A stretch of DNA of 64,000 nucleotides, taken from the sequence record NC_041911.1; one strand, 5' to 3'. The translations under genes were made by a program, and so were the position numbers. Below are positions 18,098-25,657 of this stretch, one piece after another. Positions within the stretch are counted from its first letter, which is position 1. Each line of letters opens with the position of its first letter. The notes beneath the pieces were generated by a model that saw only the letters and a list, made by a program, of their open reading frames with translations, did not search any database and was not told the DNA's origin.

Positions 18098-19000
18098 TTA
18101 TACCGCGAACGGGTACTTGATCTCCGGATGGAATTCCGGATAGGTGATCTTGAAGTCATCCACCGCAACCCACGTCTCCAGATCTTCCAGTGTCTTGATG
18201 TCCGGATTGATGTCAATGGTCGGTTCGGCCAGCGGATGGCGTTCCAGTTGCACCGGCACCAGGCCCAGCTGGTTACCGTAGATGTGGCAGTTTACGTTGC
18301 GATGGAACGCGTGCTTCGGATTCTTTCCGGTGATCTGTGCCATCAAGCGCAAGAACAACCACACCTGCACCATGTTCGCCACTGTACCCAATGGCCAGTC
18401 AGACGAACGCTGCGTCGAGTTCAGATACAGGTCGTCACCGATCAGCGAGAACTGATGCTCGTACATGCACGGCCGAAGGCAACCCAGTCCAAACATACCC
18501 GGATTCCAGAACGTGATGATCTCGCCACGGTCATCCACGCCCTTACGCAGGTTATTGTAAACCTTGTGGAAGAGGTCGATGTTACCGGCGACGATCTTAT
18601 CGCGCGCCTGTCCGTAATACTCGTACTTGGGCCAGTTCTTAGCAACCGCGCCGTAGACATGACCCATGTCATCTTCACCAGCGCGATTCGGGTTAGCCAG
18701 CCAAGCATCGTTCTCGTTAGCATTGGCGTCCCAGGACTTCGCACCGAGCGCACGCATATCGGCAGAAGAAGTCACGCCGCGAATGTAACCGAGCAGTTCG
18801 GCAATCGCCAACTTCGGCGGCGCCTTACGAGTGGTAACGATCGGTGCCTTGTTGGACGTCGCGTCGTAGGTGAGATCGATGTTGATCACGGTGCGGCAAT
18901 CGATGCCAGTGCGAGGATTGGGAAGATCCGTCCCTTGGTAGTAAATGCGGCTCAAGCCGCGAAGATACTGCTCTTCGGCGCGTTCGATAAGCTGGGTCAT
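18098..19000 (-). CDS. thyA: Thymidylate synthase
   Basis: RTGIDCR, IVTTRK, ELLGYI, MGHVYG, catalytic LRPCM, QRSSD..LG..AN, HIY.NQ. Start moved to MTQLIE (19000). Confidence 0.95.
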   Translation of the reverse strand: MTQLIERAEEQYLRGLSRIYYQGTDLPNPRTGIDCRTVINIDLTYDATSNKAPIVTTRKAPPKLAIAELLGYIRGVTSSADMRALGAKSWDANANENDAWLANPNRAGEDDMGHVYGAVAKNWPKYEYYGQARDKIVAGNIDLFHKVYNNLRKGVDDRGEIITFWNPGMFGLGCLRPCMYEHQFSLIGDDLYLNSTQRSSDWPLGTVANMVQVWLFLRLMAQITGKNPKHAFHRNVNCHIYGNQLGLVPVQLERHPLAEPTIDINPDIKTLEDLETWVAVDDFKITYPEFHPEIKYPFAV

Positions 19001-19090
19001 GGTTGTGGAGACAAAAAAATAAAGTATGGAGAAATGGAGAGGCGGCGCGAGCCGCACTCTCCCACATACTACTTTTCAAGGCAGTAATTT

Positions 19091-19441
19091 TTAGTGCAGG
19101 CAGTACCAGTACACGAACGGTGCAGCGACAACCGTTACCACTGTGAGGATCAGACCGATCTTCATCGTTCTTTCGAAGGTGAAGGAGCGTTTGATGTTGC
19201 GAGCGAAACGTTGCTCAGCGCTGGCCATCGCAGCCTCTGCACGCTCTTTAGCCACATCAGACGGTGGCGAAGTATGGTCATAGCTGTTGAGCCTCTTCAG
19301 AAGCTTTAAGCCAGCCAGCTGTGCCTCGTCCAGAGGTTTGGCCTCGCGCTTCGTACCATCGGGATTGTAACAGTAGTGACCGCCTTCACAACCTATCTTG
19401 CTACAGCCGCCCGGCTTGCACGGATCGTCAAATACTCCCAT
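19091..19441 (-). CDS. Membrane protein with Cys-rich N-terminus and C-terminal transmembrane helix
   Basis: CKPGGCSKIGCEGGHYC; IGLILTVVTVVAAPFVYWY. Confidence 0.6.
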   Translation of the reverse strand: MGVFDDPCKPGGCSKIGCEGGHYCYNPDGTKREAKPLDEAQLAGLKLLKRLNSYDHTSPPSDVAKERAEAAMASAEQRFARNIKRSFTFERTMKIGLILTVVTVVAAPFVYWYCLH

Positions 19442-19443
19442 CT

Positions 19444-19896
19444 TTAATTCTCCAAGTTATTCATTTCAAAACACATCTCCGGAAAGCAGCTATCAACCAT
19501 AGCTACAGAGAGATAGATCTTGTTGTTTCTATTTCCTACCAAAACTGTGGCCGTCAAGGTATTACTGCCTTCCTTCAATTCCCCCAATTCAAGTTTGGCG
19601 ATATATTGATTATTCTCTTCCGAAGGCTCGAAGAGAATGGCGCTAGCAAGCAAATCGATGATAGCGCCGGTAGCTTCTCTGGTTAGAGAGATATTTTCCG
19701 GATGGCCAACTTTCCGGCCATTTGTTTCACTCGATTTCCAGATAGTGAATTCCATTCTACCATCATGACTTATTTCTATCTTGAGTTTGTAAGTCGTCTC
19801 ATCAACGATGGTTTTCAATGGCGTAGTAGTAAACACTTTGTTCTGACGGAATAGCTCAGCCACACCGGCACGCGCCATAACAGAAGGTATACGCAT
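19444..19896 (-). CDS. Hypothetical protein (AT-rich)
   Basis: AAGGAGAG RBS before MRIPSV; visibly more AT-rich than its flanks. Confidence 0.5.
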   Translation of the reverse strand: MRIPSVMARAGVAELFRQNKVFTTTPLKTIVDETTYKLKIEISHDGRMEFTIWKSSETNGRKVGHPENISLTREATGAIIDLLASAILFEPSEENNQYIAKLELGELKEGSNTLTATVLVGNRNNKIYLSVAMVDSCFPEMCFEMNNLEN

Positions 19897-19906
19897 TTCT
19901 CTCTCC

Positions 19907-20287
19907 TTAGCGTCCGCGCTGCCACGGACTTTCTTCCCACCAACGACGACTACGGTTGTTACGCGAACGCTTTGGCGGTTCAGGATCATCTTGAACCGGA
20001 ACAGGTTCGGGCTGGTAATCGTACTCGATCGATGCAACGTCATGACCTGCCGGCAGCTCGACGCTACTCGTACCATCACGCTCTTCCTTTACCAGCACTT
20101 CAGTCACCCGCCCGTCAGTGTGGTGCAGTTTCACCGGACGACCATAGCGAGCTTGAGCGAAACTACCATCAGGCAGTTGCACGCCGAGGGTATTGCCTTT
20201 GAAGAAAACTTTGGCGCCCTCGATACTCAATTCGATCAAAGCTTTCATTTTGTTCAGCTTTGCGAGATGCTCTTTTCTGGTGCTCAT
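19907..20287 (-). CDS. Hypothetical protein
   Basis: 126-aa ORF, TAGGAA RBS. Confidence 0.6.
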   Translation of the reverse strand: MSTRKEHLAKLNKMKALIELSIEGAKVFFKGNTLGVQLPDGSFAQARYGRPVKLHHTDGRVTEVLVKEERDGTSSVELPAGHDVASIEYDYQPEPVPVQDDPEPPKRSRNNRSRRWWEESPWQRGR

Positions 20288-20290
20288 GAT

Positions 20291-20572
20291 TTACATTCCT
20301 AACAGAGTTAGTAAGGATTGGTGGTGCAATCGCTCGTAGCCTACGGCTAAGACGTTTCCAGCCACGTAAAGAGACACTCCTACGCAAAGCAGGATCAAGC
20401 CGCGATCCAGATACTTGTTAATACGACGCATGCGGCGTTGACGCAGGATTGTAGCCGCTTCCATACGACGATAAAAGGCTCGGCGATCAGGAGCTTGCAG
20501 GTTGTACAGCGCGGGATCAAACGGAGTGATTTCCTTTCTTTGCGAAGTGCGCAACATGGCTCTATTCCTCAT
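20291..20572 (-). CDS. Small membrane protein
   Basis: GLILLCVGVSLYVAGNVLAVGY transmembrane segment after a basic N-terminus. Confidence 0.55.
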   Translation of the reverse strand: MRNRAMLRTSQRKEITPFDPALYNLQAPDRRAFYRRMEAATILRQRRMRRINKYLDRGLILLCVGVSLYVAGNVLAVGYERLHHQSLLTLLGM

Positions 20573-20585
20573 CTAAGTTTATTGA

Positions 20586-20628
20586 CGGCATAAAAGAGGG
20601 ACCGGTGGTACGAAACCACCAGTCTCTC
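20586..20628 (-). terminator. Hairpin terminator ending TTTTATGCCG
   Basis: Minus strand: GAGAGACTGGTGG-TTTCGTA-CCACCGGTCCCTC-TTTTATGCCG. Confidence 0.75.
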
Positions 20629-20631
20629 GAT

Positions 20632-21411
20632 TTACGCTGCTTCTGCTTTCTTTTCCACAAGACCGAGGTACTCCTCCATGCCGAGGTGGTCCAACTTCAG
20701 CATAGTGTTGTGATAGTACAAGGCATCCACGTTCGAAATGCGGCTCAGCACCAACTCTTTGGCCACGAGATGGTCGCGTGACAGCTTCGTGATATACAGC
20801 ATAGCTTCTTGTTCAGTCTCGAACTTCTGTTGCAAATCCGTGACTTCCCAATGACTAATGTCGGTGAAACCAAAACGCTTCACGAAGTGGTACATGCAAC
20901 GGTTGGCATTCACTATGTTTTTCATCACATAGTTGTTGAATGTCAACATACGCTGGCTCACGCGGGCCATGACTTTGTCAGTCGGAATGTCGTTGGTGTC
21001 TTCAAAATAGAAGACTGCACCCGTGGCTTTATGCATCAGCTTCCATACAGTGTAGTGGATGGCTTCTTCACCAGGAAGCAAACGATTGCTACCACCGCGT
21101 TTCGGCTTTGGGCGATTGTACAGCGTACCTTGTTCCGACAAATGACTCACCACTTTCCGCGAGTCAATGAAAAGCGATTGCTTCGTACCCTTTGGAAGTT
21201 CTACCATCCAGAGAAGAACTTCCGAAGGATGTGTCTTCAACATCTCTTTCAAGAGAGCCGGGTAGTTGTTCTTACCTCGCTGAGCCCGGCAATTCTTCAT
21301 CGACCGCACAAAGCATTTCCCCGTTGCTTGGTGCATGTAAATGTAAATCCCCGGACCCCCATACAGCGTTTGACCCTTAAGTGGCCGAAAGTCAAAACCT
21401 GCGATTTTCAT
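20632..21411 (-). CDS. Protein with two degenerate GIY-YIG-like repeats
   Basis: PGIYIYMHQATGKCFV and YTVWKLMHKATGAVFY are internally similar and resemble the GIY-YIG N-terminal beta hairpin. Confidence 0.5.
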   Translation of the reverse strand: MKIAGFDFRPLKGQTLYGGPGIYIYMHQATGKCFVRSMKNCRAQRGKNNYPALLKEMLKTHPSEVLLWMVELPKGTKQSLFIDSRKVVSHLSEQGTLYNRPKPKRGGSNRLLPGEEAIHYTVWKLMHKATGAVFYFEDTNDIPTDKVMARVSQRMLTFNNYVMKNIVNANRCMYHFVKRFGFTDISHWEVTDLQQKFETEQEAMLYITKLSRDHLVAKELVLSRISNVDALYYHNTMLKLDHLGMEEYLGLVEKKAEAA

Positions 21412-21480
21412 AATGCAAAAGCCCCTACAAAAACAGTTGTTGATTGATTGATTGTTATTATCTGCTTTGGAGACTGACGA

Positions 21481-22110
21481 TTAAATCGCGGCTGTCACGC
21501 CATCGACAAAAGTCGTCAATTCATCCAACCCATCGTCGTTCTGGTACTGGAACAGATTGACTCTGCCTTCGTACGCCGAGACGTAGTTGCGATAGCCAGC
21601 TTGAACTTGTTCCTGATACCCCGGACCGCGCAATTCCAGACGATCGAGCTGACCGTCGCGGTTCTCACATCGACCAAGACCAAGCCGAGGTGTTACGTAC
21701 AGCATGATCAGAGCATCGGGAATGATACCGTCGTAAGCTGCATCGAAGATATCCCGCGGACGCTCATTCCCGACATTCATTTGCGGCGCGATTTGATACG
21801 CCCAGGTGCTGATAAAACTGCGGTCGCAGATCACGTCGATGCCTTGTTCAAGCAGCGGCAAAACTTTGTGACGATAGACGTTGGTCACAGCAGCGGCATA
21901 AAGACATGCTTCTGCATCCGGGTGGATCGTGTTATTCTGATCGGTGAGCACGGTACGAATCTTGGCCGAAACAGGATCGTCTTTCAGGATGTTTGCCGTC
22001 TGCACTTTACGACCCTGTGCTTCCAGACGTTCCTTGAGGAGAGCAGTCACAGTGGACTTGCCACTACCGTCGGCGCCCTCGATGATGATATATTTGCCTC
22101 GTTGGTTCAT
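21481..22110 (-). CDS. tmk: Thymidylate (dTMP) kinase
   Basis: YIIIEGADGSGKST, EACLYAA, VICDRSFIST.AYQ, PDALIML. Start moved to MNQRG (22110). Confidence 0.92.
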   Translation of the reverse strand: MNQRGKYIIIEGADGSGKSTVTALLKERLEAQGRKVQTANILKDDPVSAKIRTVLTDQNNTIHPDAEACLYAAAVTNVYRHKVLPLLEQGIDVICDRSFISTWAYQIAPQMNVGNERPRDIFDAAYDGIIPDALIMLYVTPRLGLGRCENRDGQLDRLELRGPGYQEQVQAGYRNYVSAYEGRVNLFQYQNDDGLDELTTFVDGVTAAI

Positions 22111-22176
22111 GATCACTTCTTGGAGAATGGTTGTAGGACTCACAAATATCTCCAAGCTCTGTAAAAGTTAAACCAA

Positions 22177-22208
22177 CAGCATAAAAGCCGGGTTACCCCG
22201 GCCTTTCT
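22177..22208 (-). terminator. Hairpin terminator ending TTTTATGCTG
   Basis: CAGCATAAAAGCCGGG-TTAC-CCCGGCCTTT. Confidence 0.7.
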
Positions 22209-22473
22209 AGCACGGTATCAGACCGTTATCTTTGATCCACTCGACGAGCTGATACCAGCCGATAAGCACTTCATTGTAAGGCGTTTTGATGATGAAGCCT
22301 TTGGACGGATTAACTTGTCCTTTGCTATACTGTATTACTTCATCAAAATTAGTCACGACGTCGTACTGAAGTCCGCAGCATTTCAGAATAGCAGCACAGG
22401 CATCGAATTGATCCGTATCTGCACTCCTTATTGATGCACAGATGATTTTGAATTTTATTTTACTCATGTTCAT
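22207..22473 (-). CDS. Glutaredoxin-like small protein lacking CxxC
   Basis: C-terminal IGWYQLVEWIK resembles the glutaredoxin IGG..L..Y motif; no active-site CxxC. Confidence 0.35.
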   Translation of the reverse strand: MNMSKIKFKIICASIRSADTDQFDACAAILKCCGLQYDVVTNFDEVIQYSKGQVNPSKGFIIKTPYNEVLIGWYQLVEWIKDNGLIPC

Positions 22474-22474
22474 C

Positions 22475-22696
22475 TTACCTGTTATTGAACAATGGACTGA
22501 TCTTCGTCAGATGAGGGTCAACTGCTGCATCCAATGCCCCGGCCAACTGGTTCAACACCATAGCAGCTTGTTCTGCTTGTTTAGCTGCTGACTTGATTTC
22601 TTGCACCGAATAAGGAGCGTTATCTTCTAGGATGCTAGTTGCCTGTCTTAGGTGGCTCTTAGCATCTTTCAGATAGAGTTCGAGATTGCGCGCCAT
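22475..22696 (-). CDS. Hypothetical helical protein
   Basis: 73-aa ORF, AAGGAAG RBS. Confidence 0.55.
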   Translation of the reverse strand: MARNLELYLKDAKSHLRQATSILEDNAPYSVQEIKSAAKQAEQAAMVLNQLAGALDAAVDPHLTKISPLFNNR

Positions 22697-22730
22697 GAAA
22701 CTTCCTTAAACAAAAAATAAAAGATGGTAG

Positions 22731-22768
22731 AAAGAGCCCGAGGATTGCTCCTCGGGCTTTTATGCCGC
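22731..22768. terminator. Bidirectional hairpin terminator with TATGCCG tail
   Basis: AAGAGCCCGAGGA-TTGC-TCCTCGGGCTTT-TATGCCG. Confidence 0.8.
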
Positions 22769-22777
22769 TAGCGACGC

Positions 22778-23125
22778 TTACACGTAGGCTTCGCTCCACA
22801 ACGGCTGACCTTTACCGCGGGCGTAGATTTCCTTGTACTCGTCGAGTTTGTAGCAGAAGTGGTTGCTGGAGCGTTTGCCTTGGATCTTGAGTTCCAGATG
22901 GGTTGCATTGATACCCATCTTTTCGATCTGACGTTTCAGACGACGCCAAGTAGCGTAGTTCAGACCATGTTCGATGAGGAAGGGGCGATCGATAACCACC
23001 GGCACGCGCAGGTTCTTCTTCTCGCCCTTGACGTCGGCAACTACCCACAGGACGCCGTCGCGAACGGTTTCGTCAGCTTTATCGTTTACGCCAATGTTGA
23101 CGCGGGTTTCCATGAGAAAGAGCAT
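22778..23125 (-). CDS. Hypothetical protein
   Basis: 115-aa ORF, AAGGAA RBS, highly biased codons. Confidence 0.65.
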   Translation of the reverse strand: MLFLMETRVNIGVNDKADETVRDGVLWVVADVKGEKKNLRVPVVIDRPFLIEHGLNYATWRRLKRQIEKMGINATHLELKIQGKRSSNHFCYKLDEYKEIYARGKGQPLWSEAYV

Positions 23126-23154
23126 GATGTTTCCTTGTAGTTTTGTTCTGTGGA

Positions 23155-23577
23155 TTACGACTGGGCCGGGGTGAGAGCAGCGACGTTGTCGACCTTGGTG
23201 TCAGCAGTGCTATCTTCAGCAAGGCGGCGTTGGGCACTCACCAGAGCGCGCGAAGGCAGGTTGGAGTCAGCCGGCAACACATTGCCGTAGCTGACCAACG
23301 AAGTCGGGATAAAACCAGCAGCTTTGGCTTCTTCCCAGATGTAGTCCAGAATGCGCGGAGTCAGTACCGGCGGGGTGGACAGACCAGGGAACACGAAGCG
23401 GATGTTTTCATCCTTGACGTTGTGTTCAGCACTGGAGGCCGTCAGGTAGCCGTGAGCGCCGAAGTAGTTCGCTTCCTTGTGGAAGACGATGTCGAGATCA
23501 GCGACTTCGAACGACTTACCGAAGAGTTGACGGGCCAGGATACGCAGGTTGTTCTTGAACATGGTGAAAGTCCTCAT
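23155..23577 (-). CDS. Hypothetical (likely early) protein
   Basis: 140-aa ORF, GAGGA RBS, directly downstream of an exact TATATTAC motif. Confidence 0.7.
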   Translation of the reverse strand: MRTFTMFKNNLRILARQLFGKSFEVADLDIVFHKEANYFGAHGYLTASSAEHNVKDENIRFVFPGLSTPPVLTPRILDYIWEEAKAAGFIPTSLVSYGNVLPADSNLPSRALVSAQRRLAEDSTADTKVDNVAALTPAQS

Positions 23578-23643
23578 TTAAAGTTTGTTGTGGTACAACG
23601 GGGTGAAACAGACGAGCAATTCTACTTACTCTATTCCAAGAGT

Positions 23644-23651
23644 GTAATATA
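23644..23651 (-). promoter_or_regulatory. phiKZ-type early promoter core TATATTAC
   Basis: Exact match to the published phiKZ early consensus; intergenic and AT-rich, correctly oriented. Confidence 0.65.
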
Positions 23652-23710
23652 GACTCCAAAAATCTTTGGTTTCAATTCTGCAAAGCAAAAGAAAAACCAA
23701 AGATAGTGGA

Positions 23711-23739
23711 CTCGCTGTTGGGTGTAGACCAACAGCGAG
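23711..23739. terminator. Perfect 11-bp hairpin
   Basis: CTCGCTGTTGG-GTGTAGA-CCAACAGCGAG, after the small membrane-protein genes. Confidence 0.6.
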
Positions 23740-23750
23740 CGAGGTGTGCC

Positions 23751-23912
23751 TCAGATGTGGTAGCGTACCGGGATGGCTTGCTTCGCAGCCTCGGCTTCCT
23801 TAGCCTTGGCTTCCTCGTCCCAGTGCACGGTCAGGCCGTTAAGCAGCAGGATTGCGAGAATAGCGCCAACAAAGGCGCCGACTTGTTTAGCGGCCTTCAC
23901 GTATTTTTTCAT
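23751..23912 (-). CDS. Small membrane protein (53 aa)
   Basis: MKKYVKAAKQVGAFVGAILAILLLNGLTVHWDEEAKAKEAEAAKQAIPVRYHI; overlaps the upstream stop. Confidence 0.6.
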   Translation of the reverse strand: MKKYVKAAKQVGAFVGAILAILLLNGLTVHWDEEAKAKEAEAAKQAIPVRYHI

Positions 23913-24091
23913 CCTATCGTCTCAAGAGAGTAGAAGAAGAAGTTGATGATGTAGATCATCACGGCGATTTCGATGGCGTACAGAACGCAGTACGCGATCG
24001 CAACCAAGATTTCCGGCAGCAGCCAGACGATGGCACCGATGATCAGCGCCACCAGCAGGAAGGACAGAACGTTATCGAGGAACTTTTTCAT
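23909..24091 (-). CDS. Small two-helix membrane protein
   Basis: 60 aa, almost entirely hydrophobic. Confidence 0.65.
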   Translation of the reverse strand: MKKFLDNVLSFLLVALIIGAIVWLLPEILVAIAYCVLYAIEIAVMIYIINFFFYSLETIG

Positions 24092-24093
24092 TT

Positions 24094-24315
24094 TTAGAAA
24101 GCCCAGGTTTTCTCGCCAGAGGAGAGACGGTTGCCGAAGAGTGCGTCGAACACGGTGGACAGCAGAGCGCCCACCAAGAACATGGCCACCACCAGTACAA
24201 CCACCTGCATTACGAACACCACGCAGGTCCAGATGATCTGAGCCAGAGTCGGCAGGCAGATCGCGATCAGAGCAATAACAGCAAACAGCACCAGGTATTC
24301 GATAAGGGTCATCAT
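24094..24315 (-). CDS. Small two-helix membrane protein
   Basis: 73 aa, hydrophobic; TTGAGG RBS. Confidence 0.65.
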   Translation of the reverse strand: MMTLIEYLVLFAVIALIAICLPTLAQIIWTCVVFVMQVVVLVVAMFLVGALLSTVFDALFGNRLSSGEKTWAF

Positions 24316-24329
24316 GTTAAGTACCTCAA

Positions 24330-24655
24330 TAGTAGAAAGTCACTGGGCCGTACAGCGAAATGCACTGCAGTAGCACTTCGCAATACGGCCCCGCCGTATT
24401 GTCAGTTCTCGATAGGCTTGTCCTAAGAGAAGTAAAGCAAGCACATGCATGGCAGCCGTCATGTGCAACGGCCATAGCGTTTTGGTCAGTCTGGTGACTG
24501 TGTAAGTATTCACCCTAAGCGCGCTTGGCGCAAATTGATAACAAGTCCCGGATGCTGTCTAGTCGCATCTGACTAAGGGGTAATCGTAAGGCAGGTTCTC
24601 CTTGCCTTTGGCGTTCGTTGAGAGTGAAGCAACAACCCTGCTTCGTGGGTGCGCT
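24330..24655 (-). ncRNA. Putative structured ncRNA or leader RNA (about 325 nt)
   Basis: No credible ORF; at least 7 hairpins: 24355-24381, 24381-24401, 24441-24466, 24493-24514, 24551-24569, 24588-24608, 24626-24644. Confidence 0.55.
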
Positions 24656-24657
24656 AA

Positions 24658-25041
24658 TTACTTAGCGGCTTTGGCGGCTTTGGTGGCCAGACGACGAACG
24701 ATCAGTTCGCCCAGGGCCGCGCCAGTGTACCAGCCAACCACGGAGGAGGTCAGGTAGCCAACCACGGTGATCAGTGCCGACAGTGCGAACGTCACCATTT
24801 CACCGAGGCCCAGGCCTGCGACGAATGCGATACCGAAGTGCATGCCGAAGGCAATCGCCACGATGGCGGCGGTGAACAGCATCAGCACAGCGGCGGAACG
24901 CAGGAAGAAGCCGAAGCCGGAGATGCTCTTATCGCCGTCCTTCTTGGCTTCCATTTTGATACCGGCCTTTGCAGCCAGTTCTTCGGCAACGCCAACGAGG
25001 GTTTCGGCGCCAGCGTTCAGGTCGAGGGTAGCAGCAGTCAT
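24658..25041 (-). CDS. Membrane protein (2-3 transmembrane helices)
   Basis: TAGGAG RBS; long hydrophobic stretches; strong codon bias. Confidence 0.7.
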   Translation of the reverse strand: MTAATLDLNAGAETLVGVAEELAAKAGIKMEAKKDGDKSISGFGFFLRSAAVLMLFTAAIVAIAFGMHFGIAFVAGLGLGEMVTFALSALITVVGYLTSSVVGWYTGAALGELIVRRLATKAAKAAK

Positions 25042-25134
25042 GGTAAAACTCCTAAAGAGGTACTACGTTGATGGAAAAGCCAATGGATGGCGCCTAGCTC
25101 TTTGGCTGGCGTCCAGTGCACGCTCGTAAGAGCA

Positions 25135-25176
25135 ATGCTTATATGCGTACTCCATTTAGAATACGCATATAAGCAT
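25135..25176 (-). repeat. Perfect 15-bp inverted repeat within a structured leader
   Basis: ATGCTTATATGCGTA-12 nt-TACGCATATAAGCAT; flanked by further hairpins (25085-25114, 25122-25133, 25177-25200). Confidence 0.8.
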
Positions 25177-25207
25177 GCACTGCCTCAGTCGAGACAGTGC
25201 TGGTGTT

Positions 25208-25516
25208 TTATGCGAAGCGACGCTTCAGTCTGACTTCAGTCAGTACCTTCATCACTACTGCCAGCACGAAGCCGATTACCAGGCAGCAGAATAGGAAGGT
25301 AGTGGTCCCTTCGACGTTAACGAACAACGACATTGCAATACCGCCAACCCACATGGCGTGGATAGCAAGGCTATGCTTTTGCAATTCGGTTTGCCATTCC
25401 TTGTACTTACCGACTCGATGCGCTACGAATGCAGAGATGGCGCACACTACTACTTGTGCAACCAAGAACCAGGTCAGCAGGTAGAAGTCGGAATTGAAAG
25501 TGGTGATGTAATTCAT
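25208..25516 (-). CDS. Membrane protein (3 transmembrane helices)
   Basis: TAAGGAG RBS; three hydrophobic segments. Confidence 0.65.
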   Translation of the reverse strand: MNYITTFNSDFYLLTWFLVAQVVVCAISAFVAHRVGKYKEWQTELQKHSLAIHAMWVGGIAMSLFVNVEGTTTFLFCCLVIGFVLAVVMKVLTEVRLKRRFA

Positions 25517-25579
25517 GGAGAAACTCCTTATTTAGAATTGGATTTAAGAGCCACTTCGTTACTATAGCTCAGGTCTGTC

Positions 25580-25605
25580 ATATGTGGTTGAAAAAATCTT
25601 CATTT
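25580..25605 (-). promoter_or_regulatory. Phage promoter-like motif AAATGA-N6-TTTCAACCACATAT (copy 1)
   Basis: 20 of 26 positions form fixed blocks shared with 62394-62419; both copies are upstream of minus-strand genes. Confidence 0.6.
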
Positions 25606-25621
25606 CAATTCGACGTCACAG

Positions 25622-25651
25622 CGGCATAAAGGGGTGCCTAAAGGCACCCCT
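25622..25651 (-). terminator. Terminator of the structural operon, ending TTTATGCCG
   Basis: CGGCATAAAGGGGTGCC-TAAA-GGCACCCCT. Confidence 0.8.
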
Positions 25652-25657
25652 CGACGC

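Noticed and set aside
18098-19000. ThyA as a base-modifying hydroxymethylase
   Set aside because: The dUMP-specifying Asn after QRSxD..LG is retained (TVAN) and no modification cluster is nearby.
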